A stretch of DNA of 64,000 nt, taken from IMG/VR virus record IMGVR_UViG_651324073_000003, positions 25,062-89,061 of that record; one strand, 5' to 3'. The notes under the pieces were generated by a model. The model made no database searches, had not been told where the DNA came from, and worked only from the letters and a program-made list of their open reading frames with translations. Shown here one piece after another: positions 26,970 through 36,596 of this stretch; the stretch's first letter is position 1; each line of letters starts with the position of its first letter. The DNA comes from a virus (Duplodnaviria; Caudoviricetes). The translations under genes and the position numbers were made by a program.

Positions 26970-28102
26970 CGGGCGGCTTCCGGCTGGCCCGAGATATCGA
27001 GCACCACGCCCGGCCCGGCGTTGCGGCCGCGACGGTGGCGGCGCTTGTGCGGGTGGGCATTCACGATCCACACGCCATCTTCCTTCAGCGTCAGCTCGGT
27101 AATCGTGGGCTGGCCACGGCCGCCGCGGAGGGTGCGCGCCATCAGGAAGTAGATGCCTTCCAGGCCGTACGGCCGGCTGCGCACCGCCACACGCTGACCG
27201 GGCCGCCAGGGCAGCCCATGCGCCGCTGAGCCCGGCGCGTTGATGCGGTGCCCGGGCACGAAGGCCTTCAGTTCCCAGCGCGCCAGGCGCGAGTCGAGGG
27301 TGAGCTTGCGTGCGCGCTCGCGTGCGTGCGCAGGGGTATCCGACTCGTGGTCGACCACGATGCGAGGCCGGTAGCCGCGCACGCTGGGGTCGGTGTAGGT
27401 GGCCTTCACGCCGGCGCGCGCGACGCGAAGCTCACCGCCGCCGTGGGTCTGGGCCAGCACGGTCACTTCGCTGTGCGACAGCGCCAGGCTATCGACCAGT
27501 TCGAGGTCCAGCGCGTTGTTGCGGGCGCCGTCGAGCTCGTGCACCAGCGTGGCCACCGGTGCGGCGGTGTAGTCCGGGCCGCCGACCACCAGCGTGCCGT
27601 CCGGTTCGAACCACGGCCACAGACCGTTTGCCTCGGCAGCATGCGCGAGCGCGTCCCAAGCCGTGTCGCCGGGCTCCACGCTCACCTTCTCGCGGCGCAG
27701 CGCGTTGTCGGCATCGATGCGGATCTTCGTGACACCCAGCGGCTTCACAATCTTCGCCACCACCTGGTCGAGCGTGAGGTTCTGGCTGGTGAAGACCGGG
27801 GCCGAGCAGTCCAGCAGCAGGCCGGAGTTGTCGCGGCCGTCGATGGTGAGCTGCACTTCGCCCTTGCGGGTGCGCAGGCGCACCGTATCGACCCGGCCGA
27901 CCATGAGCGGGTCATCGCCGAGGCGCAGTTCGCACGGCTCACCGGAGCGCACGGCCGCCGGAATGCTGCGGGCGTCGTCCAGCGCCAGCGAAACCGACCA
28001 GGCGTCCGCCGGCATGAGCAGGTCGCCGTCGACCTCGTAGCGGAGCCAGTCGGCGTGCGCGAGGCCGGCCAAGAGTAGGTTCACCCGTTCGACCGATGCC
28101 AT
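26966..28102 (-). CDS. Baseplate hub protein (Mu gp44/gpP)
   Basis: ADAWSVSL, IDGRDNSGLLLDCSAP, VEPGDTAWDAL, WFEPDGTLVVGGPDY. Confidence 0.92.
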   Translation of the reverse strand: MASVERVNLLLAGLAHADWLRYEVDGDLLMPADAWSVSLALDDARSIPAAVRSGEPCELRLGDDPLMVGRVDTVRLRTRKGEVQLTIDGRDNSGLLLDCSAPVFTSQNLTLDQVVAKIVKPLGVTKIRIDADNALRREKVSVEPGDTAWDALAHAAEANGLWPWFEPDGTLVVGGPDYTAAPVATLVHELDGARNNALDLELVDSLALSHSEVTVLAQTHGGGELRVARAGVKATYTDPSVRGYRPRIVVDHESDTPAHARERARKLTLDSRLARWELKAFVPGHRINAPGSAAHGLPWRPGQRVAVRSRPYGLEGIYFLMARTLRGGRGQPTITELTLKEDGVWIVNAHPHKRRHRRGRNAGPGVVLDISGQPEAAR

Positions 28103-28162
28103 CAGAACCTCGTTTTCCGCGCTCTAGAATCCAGCATCACAAGAATCTCTAGGGATGAGGCG

Positions 28163-29044
28163 ATGAGGCAGGAAATGCGCGACCGCTCGGAATCCGGCGT
28201 GTGGTTCTGGACGCTGCTGGCGTTTGGCTTCGTTGCGGCAACGTGGTGTGCGACCTGGTACTTCCTGAGGAATCAGGAGCAAAGAGGCACTTTTGGAGAT
28301 ATGTTCGGCGGGACCAACGCGCTTTTCACCGGACTTGCATTCGTCGGTGTCATCGCCACGATCCTGCTGCAAAGGCTTGACCTGAAAAGGCAAGCTCAGG
28401 AACTTCAGGAGACGCGCGAGGAGTTTCGCGGGCAGCGCAAACAGCTGGAGCTTCAGAGCGCAACGTTCTTGCTGCAGAGGTTCGAGGGCACCTTCTTTCA
28501 GCTGTTCAACCTTTATGTGACGATCGCCGACGCAACCCTTAGACGCGAGCCGACAGCGCGCAAGGGCAACCTGATGGAACTCACCAGGATGCGGATGAAT
28601 AGCGAGATCCTGGCCGAGATGAGCGCGCACGAAACTTTCGAGGACTGCGTTTCTGCAGCCTACCGAACAGTGCTCAATGACCGTACATTTGCCTTTCTTC
28701 CAAGGTACTACCGGGCCCTCTACAGCGTGCTCAGCTACGTGGATCGCAGCCAGGTCGACGATCCGAGGTTCTACGCCAACCTCATCCGCTCCGAGTTCAC
28801 CGAGGACGAGTGTGTGCTGCTCGCGTATATCGGACTGACCGATATCGGCAGAGCAAAACTGAAGCCGCTGATCGAGAGGTACAAGCTGCTCAAGCATGTG
28901 CCCAGCCAGTTTCTTTTCGATCACCAACCACTGTTCAAGGCGTATCACCGGAGCGCCTTTCGTAACGACCTGCCACCTATTTTGAGTAAGCATTCAACCG
29001 GCACCCTTCTCGAAGAATGGGCTGCTTCGCAGCAGAAGGGTTAA
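28163..29044 (+). CDS. Putative phage abortive infection protein (putAbiC-like) moron
   Basis: GTFGDMFGGTNALFTGLAFVGVI TM motif, QRFEGTFFQL, YYRALYSVL, YANLIRS; antisense, AT-richer. Confidence 0.8.
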   Translation: MRQEMRDRSESGVWFWTLLAFGFVAATWCATWYFLRNQEQRGTFGDMFGGTNALFTGLAFVGVIATILLQRLDLKRQAQELQETREEFRGQRKQLELQSATFLLQRFEGTFFQLFNLYVTIADATLRREPTARKGNLMELTRMRMNSEILAEMSAHETFEDCVSAAYRTVLNDRTFAFLPRYYRALYSVLSYVDRSQVDDPRFYANLIRSEFTEDECVLLAYIGLTDIGRAKLKPLIERYKLLKHVPSQFLFDHQPLFKAYHRSAFRNDLPPILSKHSTGTLLEEWAASQQKG

Positions 29045-30242
29045 GCCGCGCCAGCTCCTCCCACCGCGCCTGGTCGCCGTACCACCAGTGCGCCAGCAGC
29101 TGCAGGTTGCCGTCGGCGGGCACGGTGCGCTCGATCAGCGGCGGGCGAGCGACGATGACGGCCTCGGCCGCGGCCTGGACGGCGGCGGCCAGGTCGCGCA
29201 GTGCCTCACCCACCTGGTAGGCATCTTCCAGCGGCAGTACGGCGCGGGCGCTGGTGATGGCGGCCTGCAGGGCTTCGCGGGTCTGCGCGGCGACGGTGGC
29301 CAGGTCATCGGGCGTGAGCGTGCCGGCGTCGCTCTCCAGCTCCAGCAGCGCACCGGCCGCCTCGGCCAGTGCGATCGCGCGTTCGCGCTCCACGTGGTCC
29401 AGCGCCAGCAGCCGGGCCTGCACCGTGGCCGGCACGTCAGTGCGAGCCAGCGCAGGCAACGGGCTGTGTGAGATCACGGGCCGCGCCAGCGCGCCCGAGC
29501 GCGCGTCGCTCGGAAACAGCGCGCGGCGCACCAGCGACCAGCCCGAGAGCGAGCCGCGCAGGCGATCGAGCGCGGCCGAGGGGGCATTGGTCACACCGGT
29601 GATCACGGTCGCAATGTCGCTGCCCCAGCTCGTCGGGTAGGTCAGCGCATCCATGCCGGCGGTAAGCACGCCCTGCACGGTGCCGCGCACCTGGCGGGTG
29701 ATGGCGTCCAGCTGGCCGAGCACCGCCACGCGATCGCGCAGCGCGGTGAGCTGCCCGCGTACAGCGCTCATGGTGCGGCCGAAGGCGCCCAGGCCGACGT
29801 CGCGTGCGGCCTGCCCGGAGGTGCTGACCGCCTGGGCGCTCTGCCGGGTGCTGGCGCGCGCGAAGAACACCACCGGTTGATCGCCTTCAACGAAGCGGAT
29901 CTGCACCTCGCACGCGTCCGGGTGCTCCGCGTCGTGGCTGATCTCGTAGTCGACGACCTGCGCACGCGACACGACGCCGAAAACCGGATGCACCAGCTCG
30001 CCGTAGCCGCCGGCGGACAGCGCTTCGAGCAGGCGCTCCAGCCTCACCAGGTAGTTGTCGCCGTAGATCACGGCGGCGACCGACATCTGCCGCGGCCCGG
30101 CGCCATGATCATCGATCTGCGCGCCGTCCCTGTACGGGAACTCGTACTGCACCAGCGCGCGCTGCACCGCGTCGCGCGTGGTGCGTACCTCGAAGGGGAT
30201 GCCGCGGAAGCTGGCGTCCTGCAGGTTGTCGGCCCAGCTCAT
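28977..30242 (-). CDS. DNA circularization protein (Mu gpN)
   Basis: LQDASFRGIPFEV, YEFPYRDG, GELVHPVFG, LAHWWYGD..R..EL.RLNP. Confidence 0.92.
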   Translation of the reverse strand: MSWADNLQDASFRGIPFEVRTTRDAVQRALVQYEFPYRDGAQIDDHGAGPRQMSVAAVIYGDNYLVRLERLLEALSAGGYGELVHPVFGVVSRAQVVDYEISHDAEHPDACEVQIRFVEGDQPVVFFARASTRQSAQAVSTSGQAARDVGLGAFGRTMSAVRGQLTALRDRVAVLGQLDAITRQVRGTVQGVLTAGMDALTYPTSWGSDIATVITGVTNAPSAALDRLRGSLSGWSLVRRALFPSDARSGALARPVISHSPLPALARTDVPATVQARLLALDHVERERAIALAEAAGALLELESDAGTLTPDDLATVAAQTREALQAAITSARAVLPLEDAYQVGEALRDLAAAVQAAAEAVIVARPPLIERTVPADGNLQLLAHWWYGDQARWEELARLNPSAAKQPILREGCRLNAYSK

Positions 30243-32092
30243 TGCCGCCTCGCCTGCCGCGCGTTGGTGTCATTCACCTCCGCGACCAGATTGCCGTTCT
30301 CGACGCGCACATTCACGTCTACAGCCCGGCGCGCTTCGTCGCTGCCGAAGAAGGCCATCAGGCGCGCTATGCCTTCGCCGATGGCGTCGCCGACCGCGGT
30401 ACCGGTGACCAGGTTGTCGTTGATGAGCGTGCCCACGCCATAGCCGGCGGCGCCTGCGGCGAGTACGCCGCCACCCGCGGCGGCCGCGGTACCGGCGCTC
30501 GCGCCCCAGGCCGACAGGGGCATACCGCCGGCGAGCACCGCAGCAGTGCGCAGCCGGCCGGCCGTCGCCGCTGCGGCAGCGCCGGCGCCGGCGGCTGCAG
30601 CCGCGCCACCGCCGCGGGTGAGCACGCCGACGCCCGCGGCAACGCCTGCCGCAGCGGCCAGCGCCGTGAGCGCAGTGGTCGTTGCGATCACCGCCGCAGA
30701 GAGGTTCGGAAACTCCTGGATCAGCGCCGCCGTGCGCTCGGCCAAGGCACCGAGCGACGGGTTGATGCGGTCCAGCGCGGTCTGCATCGCATTCGCCTTC
30801 TCCGCTGCGAGCAGCTCCGCCTTATAGCTCGGCGACTCCGCCATCAGGGCAAAGGCATCCGCGCCGGTACCGCGCGCATTTCCGAGCTCGCCACGGATGC
30901 CCTGCATGCTGTCGCGGTTGCCCAGGATGCCGACCAGCGCCATCAGCGCCTGGCGGTCCTGCACGACCTTGCCGATGGCGCTGCCCTGCAGCAGGTCGGC
31001 CATCGATTCCATGGCCGCGCGCTGATCGTCGCCTTTGGCGTTACGTGCGCGGTCGCGCGCGGCGATGTAACGCTTGTCGCGGCCGGCGACCTGGTCCGTA
31101 AGGTTCACGAACGCATCGAGCGCGTTGGTGCCCTTCGCCCGCGCGGCGGCCAGCGAGCCCGAGAGGTCGATGCCCAGCTTCTTGGCGTCGTTCGAAGTGT
31201 CCTGGCTGTTGATCTTGGCCAGCAGGTTCACCAGGTTGTTGCCGGCCTCATCGCGCGAGCCGGCCGTGGTCACCGCAGCCTGGTTCGCAGCCAGCAGCGC
31301 CGCAAAATCGCCCGCCCCACCCATGCCCAGCGTGCTGGCGGCGGCCATCTGCTGCGGCAGCCAGCGCGCCATGTCACGCAGCTCGAAGCCACCGAGCTGG
31401 CCGGCACGCATGGCCATGTCCAGCGTGTCGCTGGTGTTGCCCATGCGGAAGTTCTGCCGGGCCCGGATCGCGATGTCGGCGAGTGCGCCGGCGTCGGCGG
31501 CCGAGGCGGTGCTGAAGCGGTTGAGCGTGGGCAGTTCGGCGATCGCCGCCGCCGCGTTGTACTGGCCGCTGGCCACCAGGCGATCGAGCGTACCGAGAGT
31601 GCCCTCGCGCGTGCCGCCACCCGCACGGATCGCAGCCATCACACCGGTGTTGACCTGCGCCATGCCGGCGCGGCGGGCGTCGATGCTCTGGCCGGCATAA
31701 GCGGTGTTCGCCACGTTGCGCAGCTGCCGGTCGTAATCCATGCCCTGGCGGACCGGGTCCGCCAGCACCGCGCGGCCCGCGGCCAGCCCTGCAGCCCCCT
31801 GCCCCCAGGCGGTGACCGCCCGGCCGATGCCGCGCGTGAGCTGCTCGATCCGTCCGGCGGCTGCGGCGGCTTCGGTACCGATGGCGCGAAACCAGCGCGG
31901 CACGCGGTCATTGGGCCGCAGGTTGCCCAGGTTGCGGAACTGCTCGACCACGCGCGCCGCCTGCTGCGCGGCGCCCTTGCCCTCGCGGCTGGTGCCGGCC
32001 AGTGCGCGCTCGACCGTCTCCAGCGCGCGCTTGGCGTTGGCGCTGCCGCCGTCGCGGTAGCGCAGCGTGAGGTTGATGACCTGGTCAGTCAT
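30239..32092 (-). CDS. Tape measure protein
   Basis: Ala/Gly-rich, AGQLGGFELRDMARWLP; position after the chaperone. Confidence 0.9.
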   Translation of the reverse strand: MTDQVINLTLRYRDGGSANAKRALETVERALAGTSREGKGAAQQAARVVEQFRNLGNLRPNDRVPRWFRAIGTEAAAAAGRIEQLTRGIGRAVTAWGQGAAGLAAGRAVLADPVRQGMDYDRQLRNVANTAYAGQSIDARRAGMAQVNTGVMAAIRAGGGTREGTLGTLDRLVASGQYNAAAAIAELPTLNRFSTASAADAGALADIAIRARQNFRMGNTSDTLDMAMRAGQLGGFELRDMARWLPQQMAAASTLGMGGAGDFAALLAANQAAVTTAGSRDEAGNNLVNLLAKINSQDTSNDAKKLGIDLSGSLAAARAKGTNALDAFVNLTDQVAGRDKRYIAARDRARNAKGDDQRAAMESMADLLQGSAIGKVVQDRQALMALVGILGNRDSMQGIRGELGNARGTGADAFALMAESPSYKAELLAAEKANAMQTALDRINPSLGALAERTAALIQEFPNLSAAVIATTTALTALAAAAGVAAGVGVLTRGGGAAAAAGAGAAAAATAGRLRTAAVLAGGMPLSAWGASAGTAAAAGGGVLAAGAAGYGVGTLINDNLVTGTAVGDAIGEGIARLMAFFGSDEARRAVDVNVRVENGNLVAEVNDTNARQARRQ

Positions 32093-32348
32093 GTCGGGTC
32101 ACCTGTTCCATGTCCAGTGGCGCGGGCGTGCAGCCGCTGCTTCCAGTTGCGGCTGCGGGTCGGCACGGCCTCGGCCTGCGCTTGCGTGCTGCCCGGCGGC
32201 CGGGTGCGGGTGAGCGTCGCCACCCAGGCTTCGATGGCGGTGCGCTCGGCGCTGCGGATCTCGTCCAGGCGAAAGCCCCGGCCGACCAGCGCCAGTTCGA
32301 TCAGTCGGAACTCGGCGAGGGCGCGCTCTCGCCTTTCTGCTTTTTTTT
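32089..32348 (-). CDS. Tail chaperone -1 frameshift extension (G-T type)
   Basis: A8G slippery run at 32340-32348; -1 frame open to a TGA overlapping the tape-measure ATG. Confidence 0.7.
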
Positions 32349-32651
32349 GATGACCTCGGCCGCGTTCCGGATGAGCGTCATGTCGTCCGGGTGCAGCAGC
32401 TGGGCCAGGCGTTCCAGCGGCGGCGGCTCGGCGCCGTCGATGCTGTCGATCTGCGCCAGCAGCTGCGCGTCGTCGATGCGCATCTGGTAGGCGATACGCC
32501 GGCCGCCGGTCATGTCTTCCGGCATATCGACCGCGGCCACCGCCTCATACACGTCCTGCAGCGTCGCCTGGCGCATCACCACCACTTTTGCGGTGGCCGA
32601 CCAGGGCGCGAGGCCGTACTGCAGTTCAACGGTTTCGGTCACGAGATTCAT
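32301..32651 (-). CDS. Tail assembly chaperone (Mu gp41-like)
   Basis: Position between tube and tape measure. Confidence 0.8.
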   Translation of the reverse strand: MNLVTETVELQYGLAPWSATAKVVVMRQATLQDVYEAVAAVDMPEDMTGGRRIAYQMRIDDAQLLAQIDSIDGAEPPPLERLAQLLHPDDMTLIRNAAEVIKKKQKGESAPSPSSD

Positions 32652-32654
32652 CGC

Positions 32655-33029
32655 TTACTCCCGCACGTAGTCGAGGGCGAACATCGACAGCGAACGCACT
32701 GCCTCGCCATCTACGCGGTAGGCGGCGCTCACCGAGGTGCATGCGCAACCCAGGTAGCTCTCGCGCTGATCGTCGTGGCCTTCCGGGTAGAGGGTGATCT
32801 TCGCGTCTTCGATCGTGGCCCAGTCGGGCTCGCTGCCGTCGAGCGGGATCGCCACTTCGAGCGAAAGCTCGAAGGTGGTGAGCCCCTGCGCGTGGCCGCT
32901 GATGCGCTTCTTGCGGTTCATGGTCGCGACAGGCTTCTTGCCGGTGCTGCGGCTCGCGTTGAAGCTCACCACCTCGATCTCGCGGCCATCGACCGTCATC
33001 ACGATGTGGCCGACAAACTTTTCTGCCAT
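32655..33029 (-). CDS. Tail tube protein
   Basis: 124 aa directly after sheath; beta-rich Mu-type tube. Confidence 0.85.
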   Translation of the reverse strand: MAEKFVGHIVMTVDGREIEVVSFNASRSTGKKPVATMNRKKRISGHAQGLTTFELSLEVAIPLDGSEPDWATIEDAKITLYPEGHDDQRESYLGCACTSVSAAYRVDGEAVRSLSMFALDYVRE

Positions 33030-33057
33030 GGCTGTGCTCCGGTGGTCAGAGGCGCTG

Positions 33058-34482
33058 TTAGAGGATCAGGTCGATCACGGCTGCGATGACGTGCAGGCCA
33101 TTGACCACGTCGGTCGGGATGCGGATGTTCACGCGGCCCACCTCCTGGCTGTCGAGCTCGACGATGATGCCGGCCAGATTGGCCCGCACGTTCTCGACGA
33201 TCTCCAGCTCTTCAAGGCGCAGCAGCACATCGATTACCTCGCTGCGGATATCGCGCAGCACTCGCGCCGTGGCCTTCTCGCGGGGGAATCGCGCGGTGAT
33301 GCGCTGGCGCATCGCGAAGCGCACGTAATCGAGCGTGCGGATGGTGGTGATATCCAGCCAGGCCGGGTCGGCCACCGCCTGGGCATTGACGGTGTAGGTC
33401 GACACGGCGCGCACGATGCTCACGCGCTCGCCCGGATTCACCTTCAGCGGGGTCACGCCGTTGTGCAGGCAGTTCTCGATCTCGGTGCGGCCGGGCCGGC
33501 TGGCGATCGGCGGCACGGCCAGACCCACCAGCTCAAGACCGTTCAGCGGGCGCGCCGGGTCTTCTTCGAACGCGGCGATGGCGGCCACGGCCGCAGCCGT
33601 CTCCCAGGGCAGCGAGGCACTGCCGGCGAGCCAGGGCACCAGCACGCGTTCATCGTTGATGCCGGCCGCCAGCGCCACGGCAGCGCCGTAGGTGCCATGC
33701 GTGGCCACGACGCCGATGGCGCCGCGCTGCTCCAGCGCGTTGCCCACCAGTTCGAGGTGGTCGCGCAGCTTGGTGAGGTTGGTCGAGTCCGTCCAGGGCA
33801 TCACCAGAATCTCGTCGCCTGCGGACTGTATGGCGGTGAGCGTGGCCGCGACGTCCGGGTTCGTCGCGCCGCTGGCCATGGCCACGATGGTCGCGGTGAT
33901 GCCGGCCACGCCGGTGAGCGTGGCAGCGACGCTGATGTCGTTACCCGGCGTGCCCTTGTTCTTCGCGGTGAGCGTCACGACGGCAGACACCACGCCCGCA
34001 GTGACCGGCAGATCCGGACGGGCATCGAGCGTAGCCTTCAGGTCGGCGGCCACCGCGGCGGCCGCATCGCCAGACTCGACCAGGATGTCGACCTGCTGCG
34101 CGCCCACCCGCACCGACAGCGTGCCGGTGCTGGTGGCGGTGCCTGCGATGGTCACCGTGCCGGTCGCCGCCACGCCGCCCGCGTTGTCGGCCACGCCGAT
34201 GGCGGTGAGATCGACATACGGGTTGGCCCTGAGCAGCGCGCGCGCCATCAGGTGCAGATGCGAGCCGGCGCCGAAGTAGTCGGCGGCCTGCGCGTCGGTG
34301 AATACCTGAGTCGGCACGCCAGCGGCGACCGAGCCAGACGCCAGGCGGCCGCCGATCAGCCGCACCGTCTGCCGGTTGTTCGGCAGATTGCGCAGCGCCA
34401 GGCGGCTGTTGAACTCGATATAGGTGCCGGGCGTGCGGATGCTGCCGGGCACCTGGTCAAACGAGACATTGGGGCTGGCCAT
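33058..34482 (-). CDS. Tail sheath protein (Mu gpL)
   Basis: IRTPGTYIEFN, FGAGSHLHLM, DPARPLNGLEL, LHNGVTPL, DITTIRTLDYVR. Confidence 0.95.
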   Translation of the reverse strand: MASPNVSFDQVPGSIRTPGTYIEFNSRLALRNLPNNRQTVRLIGGRLASGSVAAGVPTQVFTDAQAADYFGAGSHLHLMARALLRANPYVDLTAIGVADNAGGVAATGTVTIAGTATSTGTLSVRVGAQQVDILVESGDAAAAVAADLKATLDARPDLPVTAGVVSAVVTLTAKNKGTPGNDISVAATLTGVAGITATIVAMASGATNPDVAATLTAIQSAGDEILVMPWTDSTNLTKLRDHLELVGNALEQRGAIGVVATHGTYGAAVALAAGINDERVLVPWLAGSASLPWETAAAVAAIAAFEEDPARPLNGLELVGLAVPPIASRPGRTEIENCLHNGVTPLKVNPGERVSIVRAVSTYTVNAQAVADPAWLDITTIRTLDYVRFAMRQRITARFPREKATARVLRDIRSEVIDVLLRLEELEIVENVRANLAGIIVELDSQEVGRVNIRIPTDVVNGLHVIAAVIDLIL

Positions 34483-34485
34483 CGG

Positions 34486-34722
34486 TTACTCCTTCGCTTT
34501 CTTGGCGACGGACTTAACCGGAGCGGCGGCAGGTTCAGCGGCTTCGGCCGGCGGCGCGGCAGCGTCGATGAGGTCACCGGTGGCGAGGAGTCGCTCGATG
34601 TGCGGCGTGCGCGCGATCTCGACCGGCTCTGCGCCGGCGGGCGGGTAGTGCTTGCGCGGGTTGGTTTCGCGCGGCACCAGGCGCTCGGGGGCGCAGGTGA
34701 CGCGGACAGTGGCTTGGGACAT
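34486..34722 (-). CDS. Mu gp38-like small protein (DUF2635-like)
   Basis: APERLVPRE..., ERLLATGDL; directly before sheath. Confidence 0.7.
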   Translation of the reverse strand: MSQATVRVTCAPERLVPRETNPRKHYPPAGAEPVEIARTPHIERLLATGDLIDAAAPPAEAAEPAAAPVKSVAKKAKE

Positions 34723-34765
34723 GGGCGCCTCCGGGGCGATGTGGCTCTGCGGTGCAGGAGCCCAC

Positions 34766-34809
34766 ATCGTCCGCGCGCGCGCGAGGTGCTGGGGGGATGA
34801 ACGAGTTCA
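34766..34809 (-). promoter_or_regulatory. Activator-dependent late promoter (tail operon)
   Basis: TGAACGAGTTCA at 34798-34809, 26 bp from -10 GACGAT. Confidence 0.65.
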
Positions 34810-34880
34810 GAGGGGGGGGCTTCTCATCAAGACATACACGTGCGATCGTTATTCAAATCTCAATCGTGGGGTAGCGCGCA

Positions 34881-35504
34881 TTGACCACGCAACGGCTGAT
34901 AGAACAGGTTAAACGCCAGCTCACATACATCGAGCGATCTTGCAGGATCTTCGACAGCGGCGACCGCGATGAGGCAATTCGTATTGCGACTCATGTGAGA
35001 ACCCTCTTTCACAACACAAAAAACACGAAATCACTAATAAGCTATTTTCATCGGCCGCACCTACATCTTCTTTCCACCATAGAAGCGCCAAGCGGAATAC
35101 CCTACATACTTTTAACTGGCAACCTATCAAAGCTTTCAGTTGAATTTAAAGATGGATGTATTGTCGGAATCGAATCAACCCCCTACCTGCAATCAGAGGC
35201 CGACGCGAATCACCGCCTCGTCCCTCTACATCAATGGTGGAATGAACAGGTGTATGTAATAGACGGCCAATCAATATCTCGCTCAGATATCGTATTATGG
35301 GCCGCAAACAAGGATGGCGGCGCACATGTTGATATAGAACTTCCTCAGCTTTACATGAAAATCATCGACGGAATAATTACCATCTCGCACGTTAAGGATG
35401 GAGAGATCTGTTCATCCGCCGCGAAAGACGCTCATCTAGCAGATCTTCGACAAATCGGCCACGAGGTATTAAACAGCCCTTGTGTGCAGGCACTCGCTCG
35501 ATAG
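34881..35504 (+). CDS. AT-rich moron, hypothetical (possibly HEPN-like)
   Basis: Antisense, markedly AT-rich; EAIRIATHVRTLFH and ANKDGGAHVD motifs. Confidence 0.75.
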   Translation: MTTQRLIEQVKRQLTYIERSCRIFDSGDRDEAIRIATHVRTLFHNTKNTKSLISYFHRPHLHLLSTIEAPSGIPYILLTGNLSKLSVEFKDGCIVGIESTPYLQSEADANHRLVPLHQWWNEQVYVIDGQSISRSDIVLWAANKDGGAHVDIELPQLYMKIIDGIITISHVKDGEICSSAAKDAHLADLRQIGHEVLNSPCVQALAR

Positions 35505-35548
35505 CGTTGCAACACAAAAATCTCACGAAATCCATCATTAAAAAATGA

Positions 35549-36157
35549 TTACCGAATCGTCGAATGCGGGTAATCAGTATTTTTGACCATCAGGTCCTGC
35601 GCATCATCTACCTCATCCCCCGGCTGCAGCCGGTAGTTGAGCGCGATCTTGGTGATGTCCGGCGCGTCGCCCGGTGCCGGCTCCGGCACCTCGAAGTCGT
35701 ACCGGGTCGAGATCTCCAGCGCGAGCACTGACAAGCCATCGCGGCCGACGCGGGTGTTGTAGAGGGTGGTGACCCGGCCCGGTTCGAAGGCTTCGCACTC
35801 GGCGACCAGCCCGGCGCCGGTCACCAGCTGGCGCACGTCGTCCAGTATCTGGTAACTGCCCGGCTCACCCTGCACGCCGCGGCGGGCAAAGCGCTCGCCA
35901 CGAGCGCTGCGGGCGCCGACCATCACCGCACCACGCACCGTTGCGCGCCGGGCACGGCGGCCCAGGCGTTCCACGGTCTCGCCGCCGATGGTCACCCACA
36001 CCGCCGGGAAAGACCGGAACTGGGTCCAGAATGCATCGTCGTCAAACTCACCGCCGTAGCTGCCGATGTGCGCGAGGCGATAGCCGAGGGCGCCGGCAGT
36101 CTGAGCGGCCTGGACGCGCGCGATGATCGCGTCTTCGATATCGGCGTAGATGAGCAC
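35549..36157 (-). CDS. Mu gp37-like tail terminator (DUF1834)
   Basis: IEDAIIARV, SYGGEFD, FPAVWV, GSYQILDDVRQL. Confidence 0.85.
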   Translation of the reverse strand: MLIYADIEDAIIARVQAAQTAGALGYRLAHIGSYGGEFDDDAFWTQFRSFPAVWVTIGGETVERLGRRARRATVRGAVMVGARSARGERFARRGVQGEPGSYQILDDVRQLVTGAGLVAECEAFEPGRVTTLYNTRVGRDGLSVLALEISTRYDFEVPEPAPGDAPDITKIALNYRLQPGDEVDDAQDLMVKNTDYPHSTIR

Positions 36158-36164
36158 GTCGACC

Positions 36165-36596
36165 TCAGCGCCGGTTCGCGCGGCTGAAGGGGTTGGCGGT
36201 CACCGGCGAGACGATCTGGGCCTCGCCGTAGTGCGGTTGTGCGGTGCTGCCACCCGAGCCTGAGCCGCTGTTGCCGATGATGCCGTCCGCCATGTCGCGC
36301 AGCAGCGCGGTGTAGTACTCGTGCCGCGCCGTGATCGGGTCGTTCTCGATCGTATTGGCACCGGAGAGGTGCCAGCGGGCAATATGGATGCACGCGGCCT
36401 GCATGAATGCAGGCTGAGCGGCTGCGATCGCCGGCGCGCGGTCGCCCAGAATGGCGTCGATGTCGGCGCTGGCCAGCGTGAGCGCGTAGTCGATTCGGCC
36501 AGTGATTGGCGTGCCAGTGGCCTCGGGGTCGGCCAGTGCGGCGGTTTCCTTGGCGCCGAGGGCGAGCTCGAACTGGGTGGGGGTGGCGTAGGGCAT
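36165..36596 (-). CDS. Mu gp36-like head-tail connector (DUF1320)
   Basis: MPYAT, ASADIDAILG, CIHIARWHL. Confidence 0.85.
   Translation of the reverse strand: MPYATPTQFELALGAKETAALADPEATGTPITGRIDYALTLASADIDAILGDRAPAIAAAQPAFMQAACIHIARWHLSGANTIENDPITARHEYYTALLRDMADGIIGNSGSGSGGSTAQPHYGEAQIVSPVTANPFSRANRR

Noticed and set aside
30242-34800. Long plus-strand ORFs (702 aa, 668 aa) and similar ones at 38579, 48501, 59033
   Set aside because: Antisense shadows of GC-rich structural genes, with no recognisable motifs.
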